The notes beneath the pieces are model-generated. The model worked only from the letters and a program-made list of their open reading frames with translations, was not told where the DNA came from and ran no database searches. Source: Macrostomum hystrix (taxonomy: Eukaryota > Animalia > Platyhelminthes). Taken from it: DNA of 64,000 bases. This document shows positions 55,001 through 64,000 of the stretch, in pieces; the first letter of the stretch is position 1; each line of letters opens with the position of its first letter. The stretch is from assembly GCA_950097015.1 (NCBI GenBank), contig CATNEN010000041.1:2976001-3040000 (forward strand), given 5' to 3'. The position numbers and the translations under genes were made by a program.

Positions 55001-56330
55001 TGTAACCTACCCCGCATCTCGACGGTAGAGCACAGCTTGCCGAGAGTCTTTAGGGTGTGGCCGTCGTAGGCCTCGAGGCGTCGGTGACTCTTTTGCAGTG
55101 GGGGCCTGCCCAGAGACTCCCAGATTGTGCTAGAAAGCACGGAGACGGATGCACCGGTATCCACTTGCATTGGTACCTTGGCGCCGTCTACAAGAAGTGT
55201 CTCAGATGCAACTTCGATTGCGTTGACCAGATCAACGTCCATAAGATGCAGGATCTTCGAGGGCTCGGGCGTCATCGATGCATCGGATGGAACATCCGCG
55301 TGATGTACGGATTTGCTAGTCAGAGCAGAGCGGCATACGGCAGCAAAGTGGTTGCGCTTGGAGCACTTGGAACAGGTCTTGCCATATGCCGGGCACTTGC
55401 CTGCGTGATGGGATCCGCCACAGTACTTGCAGCCCTCGATGCGCTGACCATTGGAAGTTGGCCGTCCACCTTTGGAGTAGTGCACCGATTCGTCAGTGGC
55501 CGCATTATGTTGGGCTGGCGGCGACAATGGGCCAGCCGGGCCTACCGGGGGCACCGAGTTACAGGTTTGAACAAACGTGTTGATCTGTTCACAGCTTCGA
55601 ATGAGGTCAACAATCTCCGAGATTGTCTGATCCTTGGTTTGCATTGCACCGAGAATGCGCCGTTGATGCTCAGGGTTGTACAGTCCAGAAATGAGAGTAA
55701 GCCGCACCAGCTCCTCTGCGGGACTGGCGCAGTCCTTCAGAGAGTCAAAGGCGCAGTGCGTTGCTGCTTTCCTCAGGCGAGCTAAATAGTCTGCTATCGG
55801 CTCAGCAGCTTTCTGACGAATTGAGAAAAAGTCGGTTCTTTCGGCGACAATGAGGCGCTTCTGAGGTTGTAAGTAGGACACCAGGGCTGTCTCGATCTCT
55901 TGGAAGGTCAGCTTGTCGATCTCCTTCGGAGCGACGAGATGAGTCAGCTTCTCCAAAGCAGGCAGTCCGCAGGATGCCAAAAACTTGTCTGCGACTTGTC
56001 GGGATTCGGTCGAGTCGGTCCACTTCTTGGCGCGGGCCAGAGCATTGAAGGCCTTGAGCCACATCAGTGCACGGTCGGCATCGCCGAGAAAAAGGTCGCC
56101 AAGCCGCGACGCCATTGTCAAGACTCAAAGGAAGCTTCTTATAGCGAATATAACGAGTGTATTTGGGTTAAAGCCGCGCGTGCGAATAAGCCGTGTAGTC
56201 ACTCTTACGTTTAGCTTGGGGGGGGTAAAAGGGGTGCAACAGTTGAGGCGAAGCTTAGCTTAACGGGACCATAGACAGAAAAAGAAGAGAGAAAGCCGTT
56301 AGGGCCGGGCTGCTTTGACACTGCACAACA
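52015..56330 (-). mobile_element. Full-length Ty3/Gypsy LTR retrotransposon (Mag-like), 4316 bp
   Basis: LTRs 52015-52230 and 56116-56330 have TG...CA ends and are identical except for one G in a homopolymer. 5-bp TSD CTAAG at 52010-52014 and 56331-56335. PBS-like TGGCGTCGCGGC and a purine tract GGAGGGAGA. Confidence 0.98.
52333..56115 (-). CDS. Gag-Pol polyprotein (single intact ORF, 1260 aa)
   Basis: Zn knuckles CKYCGGSH...CSKCSKRNHFAAVC, protease VDTGA, RT YQDD, RNase H TTDAS, integrase HHCC plus D-D-E (IHMDW, SDNGP, AERAV). Domain order PR-RT-RH-INT. Confidence 0.97.
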   Translation of the reverse strand: MASRLGDLFLGDADRALMWLKAFNALARAKKWTDSTESRQVADKFLASCGLPALEKLTHLVAPKEIDKLTFQEIETALVSYLQPQKRLIVAERTDFFSIRQKAAEPIADYLARLRKAATHCAFDSLKDCASPAEELVRLTLISGLYNPEHQRRILGAMQTKDQTISEIVDLIRSCEQINTFVQTCNSVPPVGPAGPLSPPAQHNAATDESVHYSKGGRPTSNGQRIEGCKYCGGSHHAGKCPAYGKTCSKCSKRNHFAAVCRSALTSKSVHHADVPSDASMTPEPSKILHLMDVDLVNAIEVASETLLVDGAKVPMQVDTGASVSVLSSTIWESLGRPPLQKSHRRLEAYDGHTLKTLGKLCSTVEMRGRLHPAEFVVVSSLKPFGLLGRDLLDSDSLFHTNSQAPSPTVAATTLPTIKGIKAQMELVEGARSQFCRARPVPIALEKQVNAELNRLQLLGIIEPVEGPVSNASPVVWIKKKDGTLRMCADYKVHVNDKIKPESYPIPSIEHLFGKLKNAKKFAKIDLRSAYWQIELDESAQGISIINTSRGLYRVKRLQMGMKNASFIFQRTMESILSDLKGLLIYQDDIMVYAENVEALQKRLKAVKTRLAEKKVTVNEDKCTGICDSISFLGFEISAAGIRPDDKLVDKVRHISTPKTKKEIEQFLGLVNFFGRLIPDYSAKVAPLNELRKASTPFVWSEACARAFENLKKEISSRPIVQPYSLEKEVTLTTDASKGALAGVVTQEGRPVIFISRTLSKAETSYSNIEREALAIFWAVCRLKHYLQGRRFTVQTDHQPLLRLFGGSIPMSSSARISRWALYLMQFDFSVVYVPGSRIPHADALSRLPFDNDSQDPADAFEAINSVAFESPTINPRRIASELDSDPLLQRIIRRVRNGDWHNCTQAEAAFKRNAAALTIENGLLYMHRRAFIPPRLRKEAFDAIHDTHSGTSASYHLLELSCWWPGMQHDVERFVRQCAACSSLRPRLQKSRDAWPPADAPFQRIHMDWAFVPEVGNILIVVDSYSGWIEAFPSRDRTADRVICSLRTVFTRFGVPEVVVSDNGPEFTSDALLSWLHANGARKMETPPYSPQSNGAAERAVQTVKRALQAWTQRLTHSDFIAFLQKVLLHHRNSSGARSKTPAELVFGRRLRVPVVSAFQQGDQVVYKATDHTPSRGAEFLMTQGRNTSWLLTDDKLRLASNNQIAPMLSRTSEDDEDESLEPPADMPPNETPTPPAPVADQVPRRGDRNRRQPDRYTP

Positions 56331-56474
56331 CTAAGAACTGAAGTCACCGAGCAATTTGGTTTTTTTCGCGACCAATTTGGTTTATTTCACGAACGTCAAA
56401 CTTTAAACGAGTTAACCGTGGAACACAAAAGCCGTAATGTGACATGTTCTTGATCCTCATGACAAGTGTTCAAT

Positions 56475-57536
56475 CTAAAAGTGAACGTCATCGAGATTCA
56501 GACAACGCTGGAAGTACGTCTGCAAGTGGTTCACCCACTGCAGACACTTTGGTGCCGTGATGCTGCTCATGGATAGCGCAACCTCGCGTTGCAGGATGTG
56601 CATCCTGTGCTGATGCAACGTGAGGCCCTGCGCTGCAGCCTGTTGCCTGTTGGCGACCTCCACCTGGATTCCACCCACGTGCAGGCGTCTCTTCAGGTCA
56701 GCCTTCATGGCAGCGCCCGCTCTTTCGGCCGGGTTCAGGAAGGGCGAGTAAGGTGGAAGGAATCTGTGAATGTGGCCATCGCTCATCCCTGGCGCATTCA
56801 GATGAGCACGGGCGCCATCAGACAGAAGCACGAAGTTTCCTTCCACCAGCTGGTCGACCTCCGAGAGAAAATCCACGAAATGCTCGTTTCTGAATCCACC
56901 TTCGACCAGTGTGTAGTGCACGAACCCCAGCTGTTGCGAGATGACAAGGCAGATTGTAAGATTTTGGCCTCGCTGACCATTCACCACCGTCACTGCTGGT
57001 ATCCCTCTGGGGGCTCGACCCTGAGTTCTGGCCGTCCAGATGTTCACGCCGAACTCGTCCATGAACAAAATATGTTCTTGGCTGCCCTCGTCCAGAAGCC
57101 ACTGCACGTGCATTCTGCGACTTTCTTTCGTGACAGGCGTGTTCCAATCAACAGGGACCTGGCGCAGAAGCTTTAGTGTGATCAACTGGCCATCCAGAGC
57201 ACGACTAATTGCACTGAGACTGATGTTGAAGTCATCGTCGTTGCCCTGAAGCAGGTGCGATCTCATCTGCTCCAGCGTAGCGGCAGGGTAGTCACTGACA
57301 AATTCAACCAGTCTATTCACCAAAGGTTCGGTGAGTTTTTGCGTCTTCACTCCTCCTTTCGGCAGAGTGTGCGTTCTTCCGGTCTCTTCGTACGTGGTCA
57401 CGATGTTTCGAACCGACTGTTTTGCGAAACCCATCATTCGACCAAGCGCCTTCCAGTCGCCACCCGTCACGTATGCATTCACTATCCTCTCTCTGTCCAC
57501 CAGACGGATTTTAGCGTATGGTCCTCTCTGCGCCAT
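56475..57536 (-). mobile_element. IS630/Tc1/mariner-superfamily transposase ORF (353 aa), DD30E
   Basis: N-terminal HTH-like region, LFMDEFG, LSDGARAH and FLPPYSPFLNPAE. Paired CAATTTGG motifs lie in inverted orientation on both flanks. Confidence 0.9.
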
Positions 57537-58513
57537 TCTTTGCTTTAGCTATGCCTTCCAGCTATGGCCCAAATTGCTCGCAGTTAAAACCAAATTGATT
57601 TCTGTTGTCTATGGCTTTCTATGGTTTGTATATGCAGAATCTCTACTACGCTGCCACGTCAGACTGCTGACGGCCACGCACCAATTTGAATGATGAAAAA
57701 ACCAAATAGGAAGCAAAAAGGTAGAATTTCATTAAATTTAAACAGTCTATGGTCTCGCCCGGTCTGTAAGTGGCTTAGACTGGGATGAGTCAAGGACCTC
57801 TGAATATAAGCATCAAGATGCAATTTATAGAAGTCCTTGGATAAGTACAATCGATTTAGATATACTTTTCAATCCAATTCGACAGACTTTGCATATACCA
57901 TAAATCCTATATACCTAGATGGGCCATTCAGCGACTGCAATCGAAGCCATAGATTTCAATATAGCTGAAAATAAATTCTGCGACATTGAGAACTTTTCAG
58001 AAGTGCGAGGGCACACGAACGACGTAATTGATTTTTCTTTTTAGGCTGAATTTATTTAGCAAGACCATTTTTTATAATGCAGCCAATTGATAAAGTAAAC
58101 TGGTATACAGAAACATAATATACATGTATATGGCATATACCCAATTTTGTAGCTTGGGTACCTTGGATAAACAACTCACAGAGAAATAGTCTATGGCCAA
58201 AAGGATAGGTTTTTGTGACATGCAGCAAGAGCTGTTTAAAGCGGACGTTTGGAACACCCAAGGATTTCTATATAATAGCATCTATTAATAGATTCTATTA
58301 TATAGAAGTCCTTGTGAACACCCCTCGTACAAAGCAAGGCAAAGTCTATGGCCAAAGCTACGGCCAAACGATCGTCAAAATTAGTTATATGCAAATTTTG
58401 TATTTTATTTAATTTAAATTTAATTTCTACCTCGATGTAGAAATGGTGTTTGCGATGAGTCTGAAGCTCTTAAAGTGCATTCATTTCCCAAGTGCATTGC
58501 AAAAACGGGATTG

Positions 58514-59584
58514 AGCGCCTGCGAAATATGGGATCACAGTATTTGCTTGACGTGAAGCGCCTGAGAAATCTGGGATCACAGGATTTGCTTGACGTGAAGC
58601 GCCTGCGAAATCTGGGATCCTGGGATTTGCTTGACGTGAAGCACTTGCGAAATCTGGGATCATGGGATTTGCTTGACGTGAAGCGCCTGTGAGATCTGGG
58701 ATCATGGGATTTGCTTGACGTGAAGCACTTGCGAAATCTGGGATCATGGGATTTGCTTGACGTGAAGCGCCTGTGAGATCTGGGATCATGGGATTTGCTT
58801 GACGTGAAGCACTTGCGAAATCTGGGATCACAGGATTTGCTTGACGTGGAGTGCCTGAGAAATCTGGGATCACAGGATTTGCTTGACGTGGAGTGCCTGA
58901 GAAATCTGGGATCACAGGATATGCTTGACGTGGAGTGCCTGAGAAATCTGGGATCACAGGATTTGCTTGACGTGGAGTGCCTGAGAAATCTGGGATCACA
59001 GGATTTGCTTGACGTGGAGTGCCTGAGAAATCTGGGATCACAGGATATGCTTGACGTGGAGTGCCTGAGAAATCTGGGATCACAGGATTTGCTTGACGTG
59101 GAGTGCCTGAGATCGAAATCTGGGATCACAGGATTTGCTTGACGGGAAGCGCCTGAGAAATCTGGGATCACAGGATTTGCTTGACGTGAAGCACTTGCGA
59201 AATCTGGGATCACAGGATTTGCTTGCCGTGGAGTGCCTGAGAAATCTGGGATCACAGGATATGCTTGACGTGGAGTGCCTGAGAAATCTGGGATCACAGG
59301 ATATGCTTGACGTGGAGTGCCTGAGAAATCTGGGATCACAGGATTTGCTTGACGTGGAGTGCCTGAGAAATCTGGGATCACAGGATTTGCTTGACGTGAA
59401 GCACTTGCGAAATCTGGGATCACAGGATTTGCTTGCCGTGGAGTGCCTGAGAAATCTGGGATCACAGGATATGCTTGACGTGGAGTGCCTGAGAAATCTG
59501 GGATCACAGGATTTGCTTGACGTGGAGTGCCTGAGAAATCTGGGATCACAGGATTTGCTTGACGTGAAGCGCCTGAGAAATCTG
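58514..59584 (-). repeat. 42-bp minisatellite, about 25 copies, reverse complement of the 49.3-49.9 kb array
   Basis: GCACTTGCGAAATCTGGGATCATGGGATTTGCTTGACGTGAA plus a CACAGG/GAGTGCCTGA variant. One 4-nt insertion near 59110. Confidence 0.95.
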
Positions 59585-60409
59585 CGACTACGCTTTTTCG
59601 CTATCCAACTTTTTAGTATTTTAAACAGGGTCCAGTTTTAGTTCATAGACTCTGAAGTCCTTGAAGAAGTAAATTTATTAACCCCTCGGTTTCCTTTCTT
59701 TAGTCAAGGACTACTAAAACTACGAGTTTTTAGTTTTTTAGTAGTCTCAGCGCAGCCGACTTGGCCTAAGTCACAGACAAAAAAATCAGGAATGCAATAT
59801 ATGATATGCAATCCTAGATCCTTGCTGGTTTTATCCTTAGACATAGATAAAAAGATGCCACAAATGTCAAGAGTAATTCAGAGAAATAAGACACATATAG
59901 GAAGCTAACGCGGAATCTGTTTTTGTCAAATTTTAGTGCGAGCAAAATTACTTAAAAGGCGATTTCGTTTAACAGCCTCGGTCATCAGCATTCTATTTGT
60001 AAAGATAATAGATAATATGGCTTTAGATACGTGTGTGCATACGTGCAAGAGATTTACCCCCTAACTATTGCAGCCCGAAGAGTAAAAAAAACCAAAAAAC
60101 TGACAACAGCAAACAGATTGACAGCAAATCAAAATCAAATGACGGCCAACAGTCATATAAGCTAGGGCTCGGGCAGAGGGACATTGTTGCTTGGCTGGCG
60201 AACTGTGGCACATTGCGGTAAAACATAGAAAATCTGAGAGAGCTAAGGGTGCGCAAGCACGAGACGATAGATAGAGATAGATGCACAATCCTAATGTACA
60301 TTGTGTAAACTAGATCATACAAGCCCGACTGTTCGACTTGTGGTTGATGGATTTTTGGGTGTACACAGCTAATATGCGATAGCTACTCGCGAATGTATTT
60401 AGCACGTAG

Positions 60410-60590
60410 AATCTGAATGTACATTAGCATGTAGATGCTTGGATGTACATCAGCATGTACATACCTGGATGTACATAAGCATGTACATACCTGGATGTAC
60501 ATCAGCATGTACAAACTTGGATGCAAATCAGCATGTACATGCGTGAATGCATGTTAGCGTGTACAGTGTCTGAATGTACACTAGCATTTG
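60410..60590. repeat. Degenerate about 20-bp repeat (CATGTACATACCTGGATGTA)
   Basis: About 8 decayed units. Confidence 0.7.
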
Positions 60591-61197
60591 ACTTGTGTAA
60601 CTTAATGCACATTTAATTCAGATCCAACAAACCTGTACTTTCATGTGCGCAATAAGCAATCGATGTGAAATAGTTTTAGTTGCAAACGAAAAGGACATCA
60701 GCTGAGAACAAGGAGAGCAAACTAGTCGCTATTTTTGGCACAGGGTACAGCAACCACTCAGTAAACTGACCGATTAAAATTTTTATCAATAGCATAAAAT
60801 TGACAGTCAATTGTGAATCCAAAAGCACGGAGCATCAGCCCAACTAGAATCAGCACGTACCGATTACCGTCATCGAAACATTAAAAACGAGAAAAATAGG
60901 AACTGGTTTAGCAACAGAACACAAGACAATGGACAATAGGGCAAGTCCAGACAGCTTTGCAGGATTCAACTTTAGCTTTCATAGACAATAACACTGAAAA
61001 GACAAATGTTTTATCTGTTTACTACTCACAAAAAATTCTAAAGTACTCGCTTATCAACATATCAGGAATAATTATTGAATTTGTAGTTTCCTCTTCCTAA
61101 TTTAGCAGTCAGCTAAATATAACAAAGAGAGCAGAAATATGAACTAATCTTGAATGAATCACTTTCTCTAGAACCCTGTCTGACACCTTCCAATCCA

Positions 61198-61580
61198 ACT
61201 GAGGACCTGAACTGACACTACTGAGGACCTGAACTGACACTACTGAGGACCTGAACTGACACTACTGAGGACCTGAACTAACACTACTGAGGACCTGAAC
61301 TGACACTACTGAGGACCTGAACTGACACTACTGAGGACCTGAACTGACACTACTGAGGACCTGAACTAACACTACTCAGGACCCTAACTAACACTACTGA
61401 AGACCTGAAATGACACTACTGAGGACCCGAACTAACACTACTGAGGACCTGAACTGACACTACTGAGGACCTGAACTGACACTACTGAGGACCTGAACTA
61501 ACACTACTGAGGACCCTAACTAACACTACTGACGACCCTGACTAACAATACTGAGGACCCGAACTAACACTACTCAGGAA
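61198..61580. repeat. 22-bp minisatellite just 3' of the SDF2-like stop codon
   Basis: About 17 units of ACTGAGGACCTGAACTGACACT. Confidence 0.94.
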
Positions 61581-61626
61581 TTCAACTGAAATTACTGAGG
61601 GCCTCAACGGGCGGCACCCCGAATCC

Positions 61627-63924
61627 TCAGAGCTCTCCAGAGTCGTGGGAAGAGCCGCCACGAGCCCCAGCAGATGCGGAGGCACCCGGTGTCGTCTCGG
61701 TCGGCTTGATGAAGATGCCCTCGGCCACTGTCCAGTGGCTGCCGGGCCTGGGCGAGTTGACGGCGCTGACCTCAGCCTGGCCGGCGATGGGACGGCTGTA
61801 GCGCTGGCCGGCCACGTGCAGGTACTGCTCCGTGACGGCGTGTCGAAGCCGGATGTGGCCGTTGCGGCGCCACAGACCGCCATCGGCGGAGTCGCCGCTG
61901 TCGCAGAGCAGCTTCCAGTCGTCGCCGAGGTCACCTTCGCCGTTCTCGCCATAGGCGGAGACCTGTGAGTGATAAACGCAATATTCAAGCATTTTGAGGA
62001 GACAGCCCATGACATTACTGCTAATAGTAAGATGCAAATGTTTGCGTTAGAAGTTAGGCGTTTGAAGACAACCTTATTTCAGAGCCCGCACAGATTAAGA
62101 ATGCCAGCTCGCTAAAGCTGCTCACTCACCTCCTGCAGGTTGGTGATGGGCGAGCTGTACACGTGGCTGTGCAGGTTCCGGCCGGTAGCCACGTGGGTGA
62201 GGCGCATGGTGCTGCCACACTTGATCGGGTAGCCGCGAGTGCAGTCTACGCCGGTGCGGGCGCGCACTCGCCAGTATGAGTTGCTGTCCCCACTGGACTC
62301 AACGCCGGTGACAGACTGCTGGCCAGAGCCAGAGCCATACTTCACCTCGTGTGAGTGTAAGCGCACATTGTGATCTGTGTTGAGTAGCTTAATAACAGAG
62401 CCACAAGTGACAAAGTCGTATAGGGAGCCTGGCATGCAAGATTGGTGGGATGCAGAAATGGTTGTCCAATGTGTATTAGCTAGCTTTAACTAGCTTGTTC
62501 TGATAACTGATATTAATATTATTTCACAGTATTAATTACCCATTACCAGTAATAATTATCTTAGTATCACAAAATAAGCATAAAATAAATTTGTATAATT
62601 TTAGGAATTCTTTGAGTTTTACTAGACCTAGCCAGAAAGCCTAGCAGTTCATAATTTGCTGAAAATGACAAGGACTGTTACTAGAGTAGATCAACAGAAC
62701 TCTTGATGTAAAATTATTTGTACATATAGCTATACACTTCTAGCAATTTATTAGACATTAGCGGGTTGGCCGGAGAGAGAGGAAAAAGGCGGAACATAGC
62801 AGGTGCAACAAACAAAAACTTATCCTACTGCCCTACAAGTGGGCAACAATATGGGAGTACATTTATAAAAGAAAAGATGAACGAATATGATGAGATTTTT
62901 TCTTGCGGATATTAAAATGGAAAATAACTCAAGACAAGCAAGGCTAGAGCGCAGGCGAGGACAGCACAGTGCGCAGGGCTTAAAGGGGGCCACACACGGC
63001 CACCCACCCTGACCAAAGCCACAGCGCACCCACCCCACAGGCAAAGCACAAACAACCCCTGGCCCCCGCTAACAGCAATAGGCCAGCCAATCTACACATG
63101 ATTGGGAACAACTAGAACAAGTTTCAAAGCAGTCCATAGTTAGTTTATTGATAAGCTTGTAATATTGTTTTATAAAAATGCTACAATCTCTATATATTCT
63201 TACTTATATATAAATTATAAAAATATATTGAATTTGAATCTAGCTCATAAAATAGTAATATTTTCCATAGGTAATACAATGTTTACATTAAAAGCAAGTA
63301 CAAAATGGTACATATTCCACTAATCATTAAGCCTATTCCATGCTATAAGACATAAAACTTGTCAAACTTGTTGATTTTCAATAGAAAATTGTACCTTAAC
63401 TACCCAAATTAAATTAATTAAGTGTCAGGAACTAAGAATATTTGAATAAACACAAGTTAGCAATCTAGTCAAAGCACTAAGTCAAAGTCAAAGTTATAGT
63501 CAAAGCAGAAAGTAATCCTATTTTTGTTTTCTGGCCTATACATAGGCAATGTTACAAGCCTGCTTTGCACTTGTTTACCATCTTGCTGATGACATGGTTG
63601 GACAAAAATGAACAACCAAAAAACTCAACAAATTAAAACACAAAAAATTGTAACTGGAAATAACAAATCTTTGCAAACTTAGTAAATTCTGAATTGTATA
63701 AATCACTTCCATGTAATTTTAAGAGTCTATTTATTAGTTTATTTCCTTATTTAAAAAGAGCAAAAATTATAATTAAGTAACTAGATCCATTCTAATAAAC
63801 CAGCAATTAATTCTTCTTAATATCTAAAGATTCCAATAGTTTTGTTACCTTTGGCTGCATTGAGCTGTAAAAGACCAACAAAGCAAGAAATTCTCAGGAA
63901 GACGAAGCATAGTAAGAATTTCAT
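61627..63924 (-). CDS. SDF2: Stromal cell-derived factor 2-like ER protein (three MIR domains), 3 exons, 236 aa
   Basis: Exons 63924-63849 (signal peptide MKFLLCFVFL..., AAAG|gtaaca), 62428-62130 and 61962-61627. Motifs VTCGSVIKL, RLHSHEVKYGSGSGQQSVT, NLHSH, QEVSAYG, GDLGDDW, RLRH, WTVAEGIF. Confidence 0.92.
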
Positions 63925-64000
63925 GGCTCTTCTGAGACTTGTGTAGCAGCCGCTTCTGTTCTAGAATTGATATTGAACCAAGAGTCTCGTTACAGTTTTC

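Noticed and set aside
49215-59641. 42-bp arrays as a neuropeptide precursor or coding repeat (DPRF, RQANP)
   Set aside because: No signal peptide or amidation Gly, and the right array has a 4-nt insertion near 59110.
9594-61580. Tandem arrays as CRISPR arrays
   Set aside because: Units are head-to-tail with no unique spacers, no cas genes are present, and the context is eukaryotic.

Overview
Gene-dense animal genomic DNA with GT-AG introns, GC3-rich exons and minisatellite-filled introns. The style suggests a Macrostomum-like free-living flatworm (inference only). Spliced gene models rebuilt by hand, each with a consistent reading frame: class I GLUT sugar transporter, HAD phosphatase, a small orphan gene, a secreted GYGSG-repeat protein, an atypical Rab-like GTPase, a large low-complexity protein, a 5-exon bacterial-type (fold-type I) Lys/Arg/Orn decarboxylase, an intronless DEG/ENaC channel, an RSKR/SGK494-like kinase, two tandem WSC-domain secreted proteins, a PAN + C-type-lectin-like secreted protein and an SDF2-like MIR protein. 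Mobile elements: an intact, very young Ty3/Gypsy LTR retrotransposon, an IS630/Tc1-type transposase with DD30E spacing, a MITE-like element and a tRNA-like relic. Two main leads. (1) The decarboxylase belongs to a prokaryotic family yet carries four spliceosomal introns, which makes it a candidate domesticated horizontal transfer. (2) Most longer introns carry their own minisatellite, and many units are copies of the neighbouring splice site, exon start or stop-codon region, forming arrays of decoy donors, acceptors and branch points. All coordinates were read manually and no database searches were run.
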